From: an uncultured Pseudomonadota bacterium
Lineage (GTDB): Bacteria > Pseudomonadota > Alphaproteobacteria > JACZXZ01
Direction: 5' to 3'
DNA: 64,000 bases
NCBI GenBank assembly: GCA_963749075.1
Contig: CAVVLJ010000021.1
Location: 672,001-736,000, forward strand
The position numbers were made by a program, and so were the translations under genes. Shown one piece after another: positions 30,601 through 40,012 of the stretch; position 1 is the first letter of the stretch, and each line of letters starts with the position of its first letter. Under the pieces are notes generated by a model. It saw only the letters and a list, made by a program, of their open reading frames with translations. It searched no databases and was not told the origin of the DNA.

Positions 30601-32191
30601 ATGCTGAATACCTTGAGGGCGACGCGGGGGATGGTCGTAGCACCCCATCACCTGGCGGCGGAGAGCGGGCTGGCCGTGCTGCGCGAGGGCGGCAACGCGA
30701 TCGAGGCCATGGTCGCGGCCTCGGCCGTCGCCATGGTGGTCTATCCGCACATGACCGGGCTCGGCGGCGACGGCTTCATGCTGATCTCGCCCCGCGGCGG
30801 CGCAGTGTCGGCGATCGAGGCCTGCGGCCGCGCCGCCGCTGCCGCCGATCTGGCGCTCTACCGCCGCCACGGCCTCGCGGCCATCCCGGCGCGCGGCCCG
30901 CTCGCCGCCATCACGGTCGCGGGCACGGTCTCCGGCTGGCAGGCAGCGCTCGCGGCAAGCGCCAGGCTCGGCGGCCGCATGAGCCTGGCACGCCTCCTCG
31001 ACGACGCCGCGTTCTACGCCCGCGAGGGTTATGCCGTCACCGCCACCCAGGCGGAGAACGCTGCTGCGAAGTGCCGCGAGCTCGCCGAGGTGCCGGGCTT
31101 CGCCGAGATCTACCTTCCCGGCGGTGCGGCGCCGGCGGAGGGCGGCCGCTTCAAGAACCCGGCACTCGCGGAAAGCCTGACCCGGCTCGCCGTGGCCGGC
31201 CTCGACGATTTCTACCGCGGCGAGCTGGCGCGGAGGATCGCCGCCGATCTCGCGCGCGCGGGCAGCCCCTTGGCGTACGCCGACCTCGCGGCCCATGGCG
31301 CGCGCGAGCCGGCTCCCCTCTCGCTCAAGCTCCGCTCCGCGCGCGTCTATAACGTGCCGCCGCCGAGCCAGGGCCTGGCCTCACTCGTCATTCTCGGCAT
31401 CTTCGACCGTCTCGGCGTTGCCGAGGCGGACGGCTTCGCCCATGTGCACGGCACCGTCGAGGCGACCAAGCACGGCTTCCGCGTGCGCGACGAGCAGCTC
31501 ACCGACCCCGACCATATGCGCGTGCCCGCCGAGGATTTCCTCGCCGATGGGGCGCTCGCGGAGATGGCGGCAAGGATCGACCGCGCGCGCGCCGGCCCCT
31601 GGACGCTCAATCCGGCGCCGGGCGACACCGTGTGGATGGGGGCGGTCGACGGGAACGGGCTCGCCGTGAGCTTCATCCACAGCATCTATTGGGAGTTCGG
31701 CTCGGGCGTGGCGCTGCGCGATACCGGCATCCTGTGGCAGAACCGCGGCATGGCCTTCTCGCTCCGGCCCGGCGCGCTCCACGAGCTCCTGCCGCGCCGC
31801 CGGCCCTTCCACACCAACAACCCGGCGCTCGCGCGCTTCGACGACGGGCGCGTCATGGTCTACGGCGCCATGGGCGGCGACGGCCAGCCGCAGAGCCAAG
31901 CCGCGGTCTTCACGCGCTACGGCCTCTTCGGCCGGCCGCTCCAGGAGGCGGTGACGGCGCCGCGCTGGGTGCTCGGGCGCACCTGGGGTCAGGAACGCAC
32001 GGGCCTGCGCCTCGAGAGCCGCTTCGACGCCGCCGCGGTGGAGGCGCTCGAGCGCGCCGGGCACGACGTTCGAGCTCGTCCCCGCCTTCTCGTCGGTCAT
32101 GGGCCATGCGGGCGCCGCCGTGCAGCGCCCGGACGGGATCATCGAAGGCGCCGCCGACCCGCGCTCGGACGGCATCGCGGCGGGCTTCTGA
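30601..32191 (+). CDS. Cytoplasmic GGT-family Ntn hydrolase (HpxW/oxamate amidohydrolase-like); frameshift near 32069
   Basis: GMVVAPHHLA, VVYPHMTGLGGDGF, GDTVW, GAMGGDGQPQ. The true C-terminus (MGHAGA..GAADPRSDG..GF*) lies in another frame. Confidence 0.88.
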
Positions 32192-32217
32192 AGGGGACAG
32201 GCGGCCGCGGCGGCGGC

Positions 32218-33423
32218 TCAGCGCACGTAGAGATGCACCTCGTTGGTCTCCGCCGTCCTGCTCGTGGTGGCGGAGAGCGTCACCCGGTTGGCCGGCAGGC
32301 CCATGTTGGTGAGCGAGCGCATCACGGCGTCGGCGTTCCTCTTCGACTCGTCCAGCGCGAGCGCGGACTGTCCGGCGCTGCCGTGGCTGGGAGCGACCGC
32401 CACGAGGTCGAAGTCGGCGTTGGGCTTGCGCTGCAGCGCCTGGCTCACCGCCGTGTAGAGCGCCGATTCATAGTCCACGTTGGCGCGGTCGAAGCGGATC
32501 ACCACGAGCGGGCGGCGGTTGACGAGGCTGGCGGTCGAGCGCGCCCTTTCCGCCGGCGCGCGCGAGGCGAGCGGTGCTGCCCTGGCATAGGCGAGGTTCG
32601 AGAGGCTCGCGCCGAAGAGCTCGCCGTTCTGCACCGCGACCGCGAGGGTGGTGAGGTTGCCGCGCTCGCGCGCAAGATAGAGATTCTGGCGGCTGGTGTC
32701 CTCGGCGAGCTCGTTGGCCAGACGGTCGATGGTGACCACCGTCTTATTGGTCTCGTCCTCGAGCACGGAGAGCTGGCGATGGTCCTGGTCGACGGCGCCC
32801 GAGACGCCGTAGGTGGCGCGCGTCGATTCGAGAAGGAATGCCGCAAGCGAGGAGTCGTTCGACACCTCGGTGGCGAGCGAGTTCATCCCGGCCACGTCGC
32901 CGTCGATCTTGCCGAGCACGGACTGCGCCTGGTTCCATTGCGCCACGAGGATGGGATTGCCCGGCGTGGTGCCGACCTGCAGCTTGGCATTGATGGCGCC
33001 GATGAGCTGCTGGTACTGCTGCGCGTTGCTCACCGTCTCCGCGCGCAGCTTCTGCAGCTGGCCGTTGTGATCGCCGATGGCGCTCTCCAGCTTGACGAGC
33101 TCGCCGCGCATGGTCTCGACCTTGCGCCCGACCGCGGTGCCGGTCGACGATCCGGACTCGACGGGCACCGGTTGGAAATTGGTCGTGTTGAGCTGCGGCA
33201 CCGGAGCGGGCTGCGTCGTCACCTCGCCCGGCGCCCCGGCCGCCGCGGACGTAGCCCCCGCCGGCGCCGCGGCAGCTTGAGCGGCGGGTTGGGCGCTCGC
33301 TTCCGTCTTGGCCTTGCCGGAAGGCTCCTCTCCGGTCAGCGTCGGCAACAGGGAATCGCTCGCGAATGAGCAGCCCCCGAGGAGAACTCCCACGCCCACG
33401 AGGGCCATTTTCCATTGGGCCAT
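32218..33423 (-). CDS. Conserved hypothetical coiled-coil lipoprotein
   Basis: Lipobox LLGGC, GTTPGNPILV, C-terminal PLVVIRFD...NEVHLYVR. Confidence 0.75.
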   Translation of the reverse strand: MAQWKMALVGVGVLLGGCSFASDSLLPTLTGEEPSGKAKTEASAQPAAQAAAAPAGATSAAAGAPGEVTTQPAPVPQLNTTNFQPVPVESGSSTGTAVGRKVETMRGELVKLESAIGDHNGQLQKLRAETVSNAQQYQQLIGAINAKLQVGTTPGNPILVAQWNQAQSVLGKIDGDVAGMNSLATEVSNDSSLAAFLLESTRATYGVSGAVDQDHRQLSVLEDETNKTVVTIDRLANELAEDTSRQNLYLARERGNLTTLAVAVQNGELFGASLSNLAYARAAPLASRAPAERARSTASLVNRRPLVVIRFDRANVDYESALYTAVSQALQRKPNADFDLVAVAPSHGSAGQSALALDESKRNADAVMRSLTNMGLPANRVTLSATTSRTAETNEVHLYVR

Positions 33424-33681
33424 TACTGACCTTGGGTTTTTAACGGGCACGCCTTCCCATCCTTACGGCCTCGTATTATGGCGCGTAACATGCCAGCAAA
33501 GACAAGCCATTGCAACGCCCTTGTCTTCCGGCAAGCGGCGGCGGAGAGGTGCGCGGGCGGCGCCGCGGCGGCGTCCCCGGCCGCCATTCTTGGCCTTGCC
33601 TTCCCGCCGCGATTTGAGTAGGGTCCGAGCCCTTCGGCGATCCGGTGCCGCACGGTGCCAAGTGCCGCCGCGGGTTGCATT

Positions 33682-33758
<77 letters not shown>

Positions 33759-33898
33759 TTTCCATACCGCCGCCGCTGCCGCAGCGGAGTTTGCGCGGGC
33801 GTTCGGGCCGCCGGGCCCGGTGTTCCGCAGCCCGTCATCGCCCCGTCACCCGAATGTAAGATTAGTGCGGCGCTTTCGCGCCGGACGGCGCTCTTGCC

Positions 33899-34783
33899 TC
33901 AGGCGGCAGCGCTCGCGGCACGCGCGGCGTTGCCGGCGCGCATCGCCTTGCCGAGCTTCTCGAGGGCGCGCGCCTCGATCTGGCGCACGCGCTCGCGCGA
34001 GACGCCGAAATGGGTGCCGAGATCCTCGAGGGTCGGCGGCTCGTCGCTCAGCCGGCGCGCCGCGAGGATGTGGCACTCGCGCGGCGAGAGCTTGCCCATG
34101 GCCTCGGCGAGGCTGCCGCGGCGCTTCTGGAGCTCCTCGGCGTCGGCGAGCTCGGTCTCCTGATCCGCCGCGTCGTCGACGAGAAAGTCCTGGCGCTCCG
34201 CCTCGCCGTCGGCGTCGAGCCGCTCGTTGAGCGAGGCGTCGCGTCTGGCCATGCGGCGGCCCATCTCGACGACCTCGCGCTCGCGCACGCCGAGCTCGCG
34301 CGCGATCGCGGCCACCGTCTCGGGCGAGAGCTCGCCCGTCTGCAGCTCGCCGTGCGCGGCGGCGAGGCGGCGCAGGTTGAAGAACAGGCGCTTCTGCGCC
34401 GCGGTCGTGCCGATGCGGACGAGCGAGCTCGCGCGCATGACGTAGTCCTGCAGCTGCGCGCGGATCCACCAGACGGCATAGGTGTTGAGGCGGAAGCCGA
34501 GTGCGGGGTCGAAGCGCTCGATCGCCTGCATGAGGCCGAGGTTGCCCTCCGAGATGAGGTCGTCGAACGGCAGCCCGTAGGCGCGGTAGCCGCGCGCGAG
34601 CTTGATGACGAGCCGCAAGTGGCTGCCGGCGAGCTCGTCGAGCGCCTTGGCGTCGCGCCCGCTCAGCCAGCGCTCGACCAGCTGCTCCTCGCGCTCGCGC
34701 GATAGCAGAGGATATTTGCGCACCTTGGCAACATAGTGCCCGAGGGCCGAGTCCGGGGAAGAGTTAGCCTGTGCCACGAGCAT
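33899..34783 (-). CDS. rpoH: RNA polymerase sigma-32 family factor
   Basis: DLISEGNLGLM, RFDPALGFRL, RpoH box TTAAQKRLFFNLR, GVSRERVRQIE. Confidence 0.9.
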   Translation of the reverse strand: MLVAQANSSPDSALGHYVAKVRKYPLLSREREEQLVERWLSGRDAKALDELAGSHLRLVIKLARGYRAYGLPFDDLISEGNLGLMQAIERFDPALGFRLNTYAVWWIRAQLQDYVMRASSLVRIGTTAAQKRLFFNLRRLAAAHGELQTGELSPETVAAIARELGVREREVVEMGRRMARRDASLNERLDADGEAERQDFLVDDAADQETELADAEELQKRRGSLAEAMGKLSPRECHILAARRLSDEPPTLEDLGTHFGVSRERVRQIEARALEKLGKAMRAGNAARAASAAA

Positions 34784-34958
34784 AGAATCCCTGACAGTTC
34801 CAACCGTGAGTGCCCAATCCGTGAACGCCCGGCTCTGCATTTGGTTGCCCAAGCCGAAGGCGCCGGCCCCGGCACCTGCCGCCAAGCGGCGGAGCGCCGC
34901 TCGCACCTTGAGCCTGGCGTTGCCGTCGCAGCAGAGGTTTGCGGGGGGATGTCTCTCG

Positions 34959-34987
34959 ATATGGCCGGGACGGCGGCGTTTTTCAAG
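34959..34987 (-). promoter_or_regulatory. Putative RpoH-dependent promoter upstream of rpoH
   Basis: Minus strand reads CTTGAA-N17-CCATAT, resembling alphaproteobacterial sigma32 promoters. Confidence 0.55.
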
Positions 34988-35023
34988 GGCATGCGGCGTG
35001 CCGTCGGCCGCCGCGGGCAGGCG

Positions 35024-35951
35024 CTAATCGCGGCCGAGCCAGCTCTCGACCAGCCGGCGCGCGATCGAATCGCGCCGCGGCAGCCGGAAGCGCTCGTCCT
35101 CGGGGCTGGCGAGGAGCTCGCGGCGGGTGAACCAGCGGGCGTCCTCGAGCTCGTCGCGGTTGACGCGGAGCGCCGGCTCCACGGCGTCGGCGTGGAAGCC
35201 GAGCATGAGCGAGCCCGGGAACGGCCAGGGCTGCGAGGAGTGGTAGCGCACGTTGGCCACGCGCACGCCGGTCTCCTCGAGCACCTCGCGCGCCACCGCC
35301 TCCTCGAGACTTCTCGCCCGGCTCGACGAAGCCGGCGAGCGTCGAATGCATGCCGGGCGGCCAGACGCGCTGGCGGCCCAAGAGGCAGCGCTCGCCCTCC
35401 GTCACCAGCATGATGACCGCCGGATCGGTGCGCGGGAAGTGCTGCGCCTTGCAGGCGGCGTTGCTGCAGGCGCGCACGTGGCCGGCCTCGGCACTCAGCG
35501 TCCCGGCGCCGCACACGCCGCAGAAGCGATGGCGCGCGTGCCAGTGGAGGATGCCGCGCGCATAGGCGAGGATGGCGCCGTCGCTCTGCGCGAGAAGCGG
35601 GCCGTAGCGGCGCAGATCGGCGAATTCGCCGCCGAAGCGAGCGCCCGCCGCGGCGGCATCCTCGAGATCGGAGAGGTCGAGGGCGAAATGCGCTGCCGCC
35701 CCGGCGAGGCCGAGGAGCACGAGCGGCCGCTCGCCGTCCGAGAGCGCGCCGAGCTCCGCACGCGTCGGGAAAAGCGGCGCCGGCGGCATCTCCGGCGCCG
35801 CGGTCGGGCGAAAGAGGTTCTGGCCGCGCCACACCGGCACGAGCCGCGTGCGCGGATCGGCGAGGAGGCCCTTGAGCCAGGCCTCGTCGCCGCGCAGCGC
35901 GCCCGCGCGGTCGAGGCCGCTGCCGGCATAGAAATTGGGCTGACCCGTCAT
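35024..35951 (-). CDS. nudC: NAD(+) diphosphatase NudC; frameshift near 35311
   Basis: HRFCGVCG, FPRTDPAVIM, LAGFVEPGE; the Nudix box REVLEETG and SSQPWPFP continue in the adjacent frame. Confidence 0.92.
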
Positions 35952-36077
35952 GCGGCGTTTCTGGCACGGCGCGCGCCGCCGCGCAATCGCCGGCTCCTGT
36001 CGCGGGGCTGTCGGTCTCGAGGCTGTCGGTCGCGAGGCTTGCCACCGATGCCGCCGATCCTGATATAGTGCGCACTT

Positions 36078-36173
36078 GGGAGGTTGGCGGCGGACGGGGC
36101 TCTCGCCAACCCGGCCAGATCCGGAAGGAAGCAGCCGTAACGAGCCGGTCCCGGGTCGTCTGCCAGCCTCCCA
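36078..36173 (+). ncRNA. ffs: Signal recognition particle RNA (4.5S)
   Basis: Conserved CAGATCCGGAAGGAAGCAGC domain IV; terminal stem GGGAGGTTGGC/GCCAGCCTCCC; canonical position before dnaX. Confidence 0.93.
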
Positions 36174-36234
36174 GCCAGCAGGCCCGCGGCCCGCCGCCAA
36201 CTCAACCAGAACCGAGGGATCGCCACCGGCCGTC

Positions 36235-38046
36235 ATGACCGCAAGTCCCGTGACCGGCGACGCCGCTGCCTACCGCGTGCTCGCGCGCAAGTACCGGCCC
36301 GGCCGCTTCGCCGAGCTGATCGGCCAGGCGGCTATGGTGCGCACCCTCACCAATGCCTTCAAGGCCGGCCGCCTGGCGCACGCCTTCATCCTCACGGGCG
36401 TGCGCGGCGTGGGCAAGACCACCACCGCCCGCATCATCGCCAAGGCGCTCGACTGCGTGGGTGCCGACGGCAAGGGCGGACCGACCATCGAGCCCTGCGG
36501 GCTGTGCGAGCACTGCCTGGCGATCGCCGCCGACCGCGACGTGGACGTGATCGAGATGGACGCGGCGAGCCGCACCGGCGTCGACGACATCCGCGAGCTC
36601 ATCGACGGCGTGCGCTACCGGCCGATCGCGGCGCGCTACAAGGTCTACATCATCGACGAAGTGCACATGCTCTCGAAGAACGCCTTCAACGCGCTCCTCA
36701 AGACCCTCGAGGAGCCGCCCGAGCATGTGAAGTTCGTCTTCGCCACGACCGAGATCCGCAAGGTGCCGATCACCGTGCTCTCGCGCTGCCAGCGCTTCGA
36801 CTTGCGCCGCGTCGAGCAGGCCGTGCTCGCGGCCCATCTCGCCAAGGTGGCGGCGGCGGAGGGAGCGTCGGTGCCCGAGGAGGCCATCCGCCTCATCGCG
36901 CGCGCGGCCAACGGCTCGGTGCGCGACGGCCTCTCGCTCCTCGACCAGGCCATCGCCCACGGCGCCGGCCAGCCCGCGGCCGAGGAGGTGAGGGCCATCC
37001 TCGGCCTCGCCGACCGCGCCGCCACGCTCGACCTCTTCGACCTCCTGATGCAGGGCGAGATCGCGCGCGCGCTCGAGCTCGCGGGCGAGCTCTACAAGGG
37101 CGGTGCCGATCCCGTCGTCATCCTCCAGGACCTCCTCGAGGTCTGCCACTGGCTCACCCGCCTCAAGATCGACCCCGCCGCGGAGGGCCCGCTCGCCTCG
37201 GATGCGGAGCGTGCGCGCGGAGGCGGGATGGCGGCGAAGCTCGCCGTGGCCGCCCTCTCGCGCGCCTGGCAGATGCTGCTCAAGGGCTTGGGCGAGACGC
37301 AAACGGCGCCGCAGCCGCTCGCCGCTCTGGAGATGGCGCTCATCCGTCTCGCCTATGCCGCCGAGCTGCCCACTCCGGCCGAGCTCGTGCGCGCGCTGAG
37401 CCCGGGCGGCAGCGCGGCAGCGGCCGCAGCTCCCGCGCCCCGAGCCTCTCCTGCGGGCGGGAGAGGGGCAGCACCGGCGCGCGCGAGCCCGGAGGCGGGC
37501 GGCGGCCGGCCGCAAGCAGCGCTCGCGCGGGCGGCGGAGCTGCCGGCCGCGGCAGCGGACGCTCTGCCGCACGCGAAGCCCGCCGAGCCCGCAAGCTTCG
37601 CCGAGCTCGTCGAGCTCGTCGAGCAGCGCGAGCCCATCCTCGGCGCCCATATGCGCAACAATCTGCATCTCGTGCGCTTCGAGCCCGGCCGCCTCGAGTT
37701 CCGCCCGAGCCCGCACGCGCCCGCCAGCCTGGGAACGCGCTTGAGCGCGCTCCTTCAGGAATGGACGGGCCGGCGCTGGGCCATCTCGGTGTCGAACGAG
37801 GCGGGCGAGGCGACGCTCTCGGACCAGGCCAAGCGCCGCGCCGCCGACCGCCTCGCCGAGGCGCGGGCGCTGCCGCTCGTCGAGGCCGTGCTGGCGAGCT
37901 TCCCCGGCGCCGTGGTCGAGACCGTGCGCGAGCTCGGCCCCGAGGCCGCAGCCGAGGCCGCAGCCGAGGCCGCGGCGGCGGACGAGGTCAAGGCCGAGGA
38001 CGAGCCCGCCGTCGAGCCCGCCCCTCAAGGAGACGCCCTCACATGA
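36235..38046 (+). CDS. dnaX: DNA polymerase III subunit gamma/tau
   Basis: VLARKYRP, GVRGVGKTT, IIDEVHML, SRCQRF. Confidence 0.97.
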   Translation: MTASPVTGDAAAYRVLARKYRPGRFAELIGQAAMVRTLTNAFKAGRLAHAFILTGVRGVGKTTTARIIAKALDCVGADGKGGPTIEPCGLCEHCLAIAADRDVDVIEMDAASRTGVDDIRELIDGVRYRPIAARYKVYIIDEVHMLSKNAFNALLKTLEEPPEHVKFVFATTEIRKVPITVLSRCQRFDLRRVEQAVLAAHLAKVAAAEGASVPEEAIRLIARAANGSVRDGLSLLDQAIAHGAGQPAAEEVRAILGLADRAATLDLFDLLMQGEIARALELAGELYKGGADPVVILQDLLEVCHWLTRLKIDPAAEGPLASDAERARGGGMAAKLAVAALSRAWQMLLKGLGETQTAPQPLAALEMALIRLAYAAELPTPAELVRALSPGGSAAAAAAPAPRASPAGGRGAAPARASPEAGGGRPQAALARAAELPAAAADALPHAKPAEPASFAELVELVEQREPILGAHMRNNLHLVRFEPGRLEFRPSPHAPASLGTRLSALLQEWTGRRWAISVSNEAGEATLSDQAKRRAADRLAEARALPLVEAVLASFPGAVVETVRELGPEAAAEAAAEAAAADEVKAEDEPAVEPAPQGDALT

Positions 38047-38366
38047 AGAACCTCGGCCAGCTCATGAAGCAGGCGCAGGAGATGCAGAGCCGCATGCAGG
38101 CGATGCAGGAGAAGCTCGCCGAGCTCGAGCTCGAGGGTGCCGCCGGCGGCGGCATGGTCAAGGTGACGATCAACGGCAAGAGCGAGATCCGCCGCGTCAA
38201 GATCGATCCCTCGCTCGCCGACCCCAAGGAGGTCGAGGTGCTCGAGGACCTCATCGTCGCCGCCTGCAACGACGCCAAGGCGAAGGTCGAGGCACGCGTC
38301 GCCGAGGAGATGCAGAAGTTGACCGGCGGGCTCAATCTGCCGCCCGGTCTCAAGCTGCCGTTCTGA
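38043..38366 (+). CDS. ybaB: Nucleoid-associated protein YbaB/EbfC
   Basis: [27 protein letters not shown]; dnaX-ybaB-recR synteny. Confidence 0.95.
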   Translation: MKNLGQLMKQAQEMQSRMQAMQEKLAELELEGAAGGGMVKVTINGKSEIRRVKIDPSLADPKEVEVLEDLIVAACNDAKAKVEARVAEEMQKLTGGLNLPPGLKLPF

Positions 38367-38403
38367 GCCGGCGCCGCGCCGAGCCGAGAGGGACGGCGTC
38401 GCC

Positions 38404-38997
38404 ATGGGCGGACCCGAGATCGAGCGCTTGATCCAGCTCCTTGCCAAGCTGCCGGGCCTGGGACCGCGCTCGGCGCGGCGTGCGGCACTTCATCTCCTGA
38501 AGCGGCGCGAGGCGCTGCTCGAGCCGCTCGCCTCAGCCCTCGCCGAGGCGGCGGAGCGCATCCGCCCGTGCTCGCGCTGCGGCAATCTCGACAGCACCGA
38601 CCCCTGCGCCATCTGCGCCGACGCGCGCCGCGAGGCGGGCCTCCTCTGCGTCGTCGAGGAGGTGGCCGATCTCTGGGCGCTCGAGCGCGCCGCCGTCTTC
38701 CGCGGGCGCTATCACGTGCTCGGCGGCACGCTCTCGGCACTCGACGGCGTGGGACCCCAGGAGCTCAACATCCCGCGGCTCCTGCATCGCGTACGGGAGG
38801 AGAAGATCGCCGAAGTCATCCTCGCCACCAACGCGACGGTCGACGGCCAGACCACGGCGCACTACATCGCCGAGCGCCTCGCCCCCTTGGGCGTTATCGT
38901 CTCGCGCCTGGCCCACGGCGTGCCGATCGGCGGCGAGCTCGACTATCTCGACGACGGCACCCTCGCGGCCGCCCTCAAGGCGCGGCGGCCGGCGTGA
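38404..38997 (+). CDS. recR: Recombination mediator RecR
   Basis: [12 protein letters not shown]4 zinc finger, [18 protein letters not shown]. Confidence 0.97.
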   Translation: MGGPEIERLIQLLAKLPGLGPRSARRAALHLLKRREALLEPLASALAEAAERIRPCSRCGNLDSTDPCAICADARREAGLLCVVEEVADLWALERAAVFRGRYHVLGGTLSALDGVGPQELNIPRLLHRVREEKIAEVILATNATVDGQTTAHYIAERLAPLGVIVSRLAHGVPIGGELDYLDDGTLAAALKARRPA

Positions 38998-39006
38998 GGC
39001 GGCACC

Positions 39007-39717
39007 TCACTCCGTGCTTTCGCCGAGCTCGGGCACGCTGTGCTCGAGGCCGGCGAAGTTGCGCACCAGGAGGGCGTCGCTCTCGCGCTTGACGAGGCCC
39101 TGGCGCGTGAGGTCGGCGAAGACGCGGGCCACGGTCTCGCGCGCCGTCGAGACGCGGCTCGCGATGTCCGAGTGGATGGGGATCGGGCTGATGCGCGCGG
39201 TGCCGTCCGGCTTGAGGTTGGGCCGCGCCATGCGCAGGATCTCTGCGCACACCCGGTCGTAGGCGCCGAGCGTCGAGAGGTCCATGATGCGCCCGGTCGA
39301 GACGCGCACGATGGTGGCGAGACGGCGCATGATGACGAAGGCCGCCGCGGGGTGCTCGCTCAGCATCTTGCGGAAGCTCTCGCCCGACATGGTGGCGAGG
39401 AGGGTTGGGGCCGTCGCCACGGCGCTCGCCGAGCGCGGCTTGCCGTCGATCGCCGCGAGCTCGCCGAAGAGCTCGCCGGCGTTGAGATCGCCGAAGCTGA
39501 TCTCGCGGCCGGAGAGCGAGTAATTGACGATGCGCACGCGGCCCTCGACGACGAAGAGCACGTCGTGGGTATCGCTCAGCCGGTCGATGATCTGCTCCTC
39601 CGGCTTGAAGCGGCGCCAGGTGCAGGACTGCTCGTAGCGCTGGCGCGCCGCCTCGGGCATGCCCGCGAAGAGGCTGATGCCCCTGAGCGTGTGCGCGCTC
39701 TCTTTTGCCTGGCGCAT
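39007..39717 (-). CDS. Crp/Fnr family transcriptional regulator
   Basis: cNMP-binding FGELAAIDGKPRSASA; C-terminal HTH STARETVAR. Confidence 0.92.
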   Translation of the reverse strand: MRQAKESAHTLRGISLFAGMPEAARQRYEQSCTWRRFKPEEQIIDRLSDTHDVLFVVEGRVRIVNYSLSGREISFGDLNAGELFGELAAIDGKPRSASAVATAPTLLATMSGESFRKMLSEHPAAAFVIMRRLATIVRVSTGRIMDLSTLGAYDRVCAEILRMARPNLKPDGTARISPIPIHSDIASRVSTARETVARVFADLTRQGLVKRESDALLVRNFAGLEHSVPELGESTE

Positions 39718-39740
39718 TCCCCGTCCCCCTGAAACGCCTC

Positions 39741-39901
39741 GAGGGATGCACAAATCCAGCTACGCGTCACGCCCGCGAGAGCGGGCATCCACGAGGCACA
39801 AGTGTTGTCAGCCAACACGCAGCTTCTGGGTTCCCGCTTTCGCGGCAACGACGAATGAGCTGTTACGAGCGCGATGTCCTTCGAGATGTGCGCATACCCT
39901 C
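39741..39901. mobile_element. MITE-like element with GGGATGCACA-type termini carrying an internal REP palindrome pair
   Basis: Ends are GAGGGATGCACAAATC and GAGATGTGCGCATACCCTC; inner GTCACGCCCGCGAGAGCGGG ... TTCCCGCTTTCGCGG. Confidence 0.6.
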
Positions 39902-40012
39902 GGCGAAACCCGGGCATTCTAGCCTGTCGCGCGCGCTCTTGACAGGGGCGCTTGCAAGCGCTCGAAGCTCGGGCGTTGACGGCGGCCCGCCGCTTTGCTC
40001 CACTCGGCTGCG

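Noticed and set aside
30445-33369. 974-aa ORF suggesting a GGT fusion protein
   Set aside because: Artefact of the frameshift near 32069. The extension is antisense to the lipoprotein gene, and the true C-terminus ends at 32191.
37940-37980. GAGGCCGCAGCC tandem repeats in dnaX (and similar Ala runs in yidC)
   Set aside because: In-frame low-complexity linker coding; ordinary.
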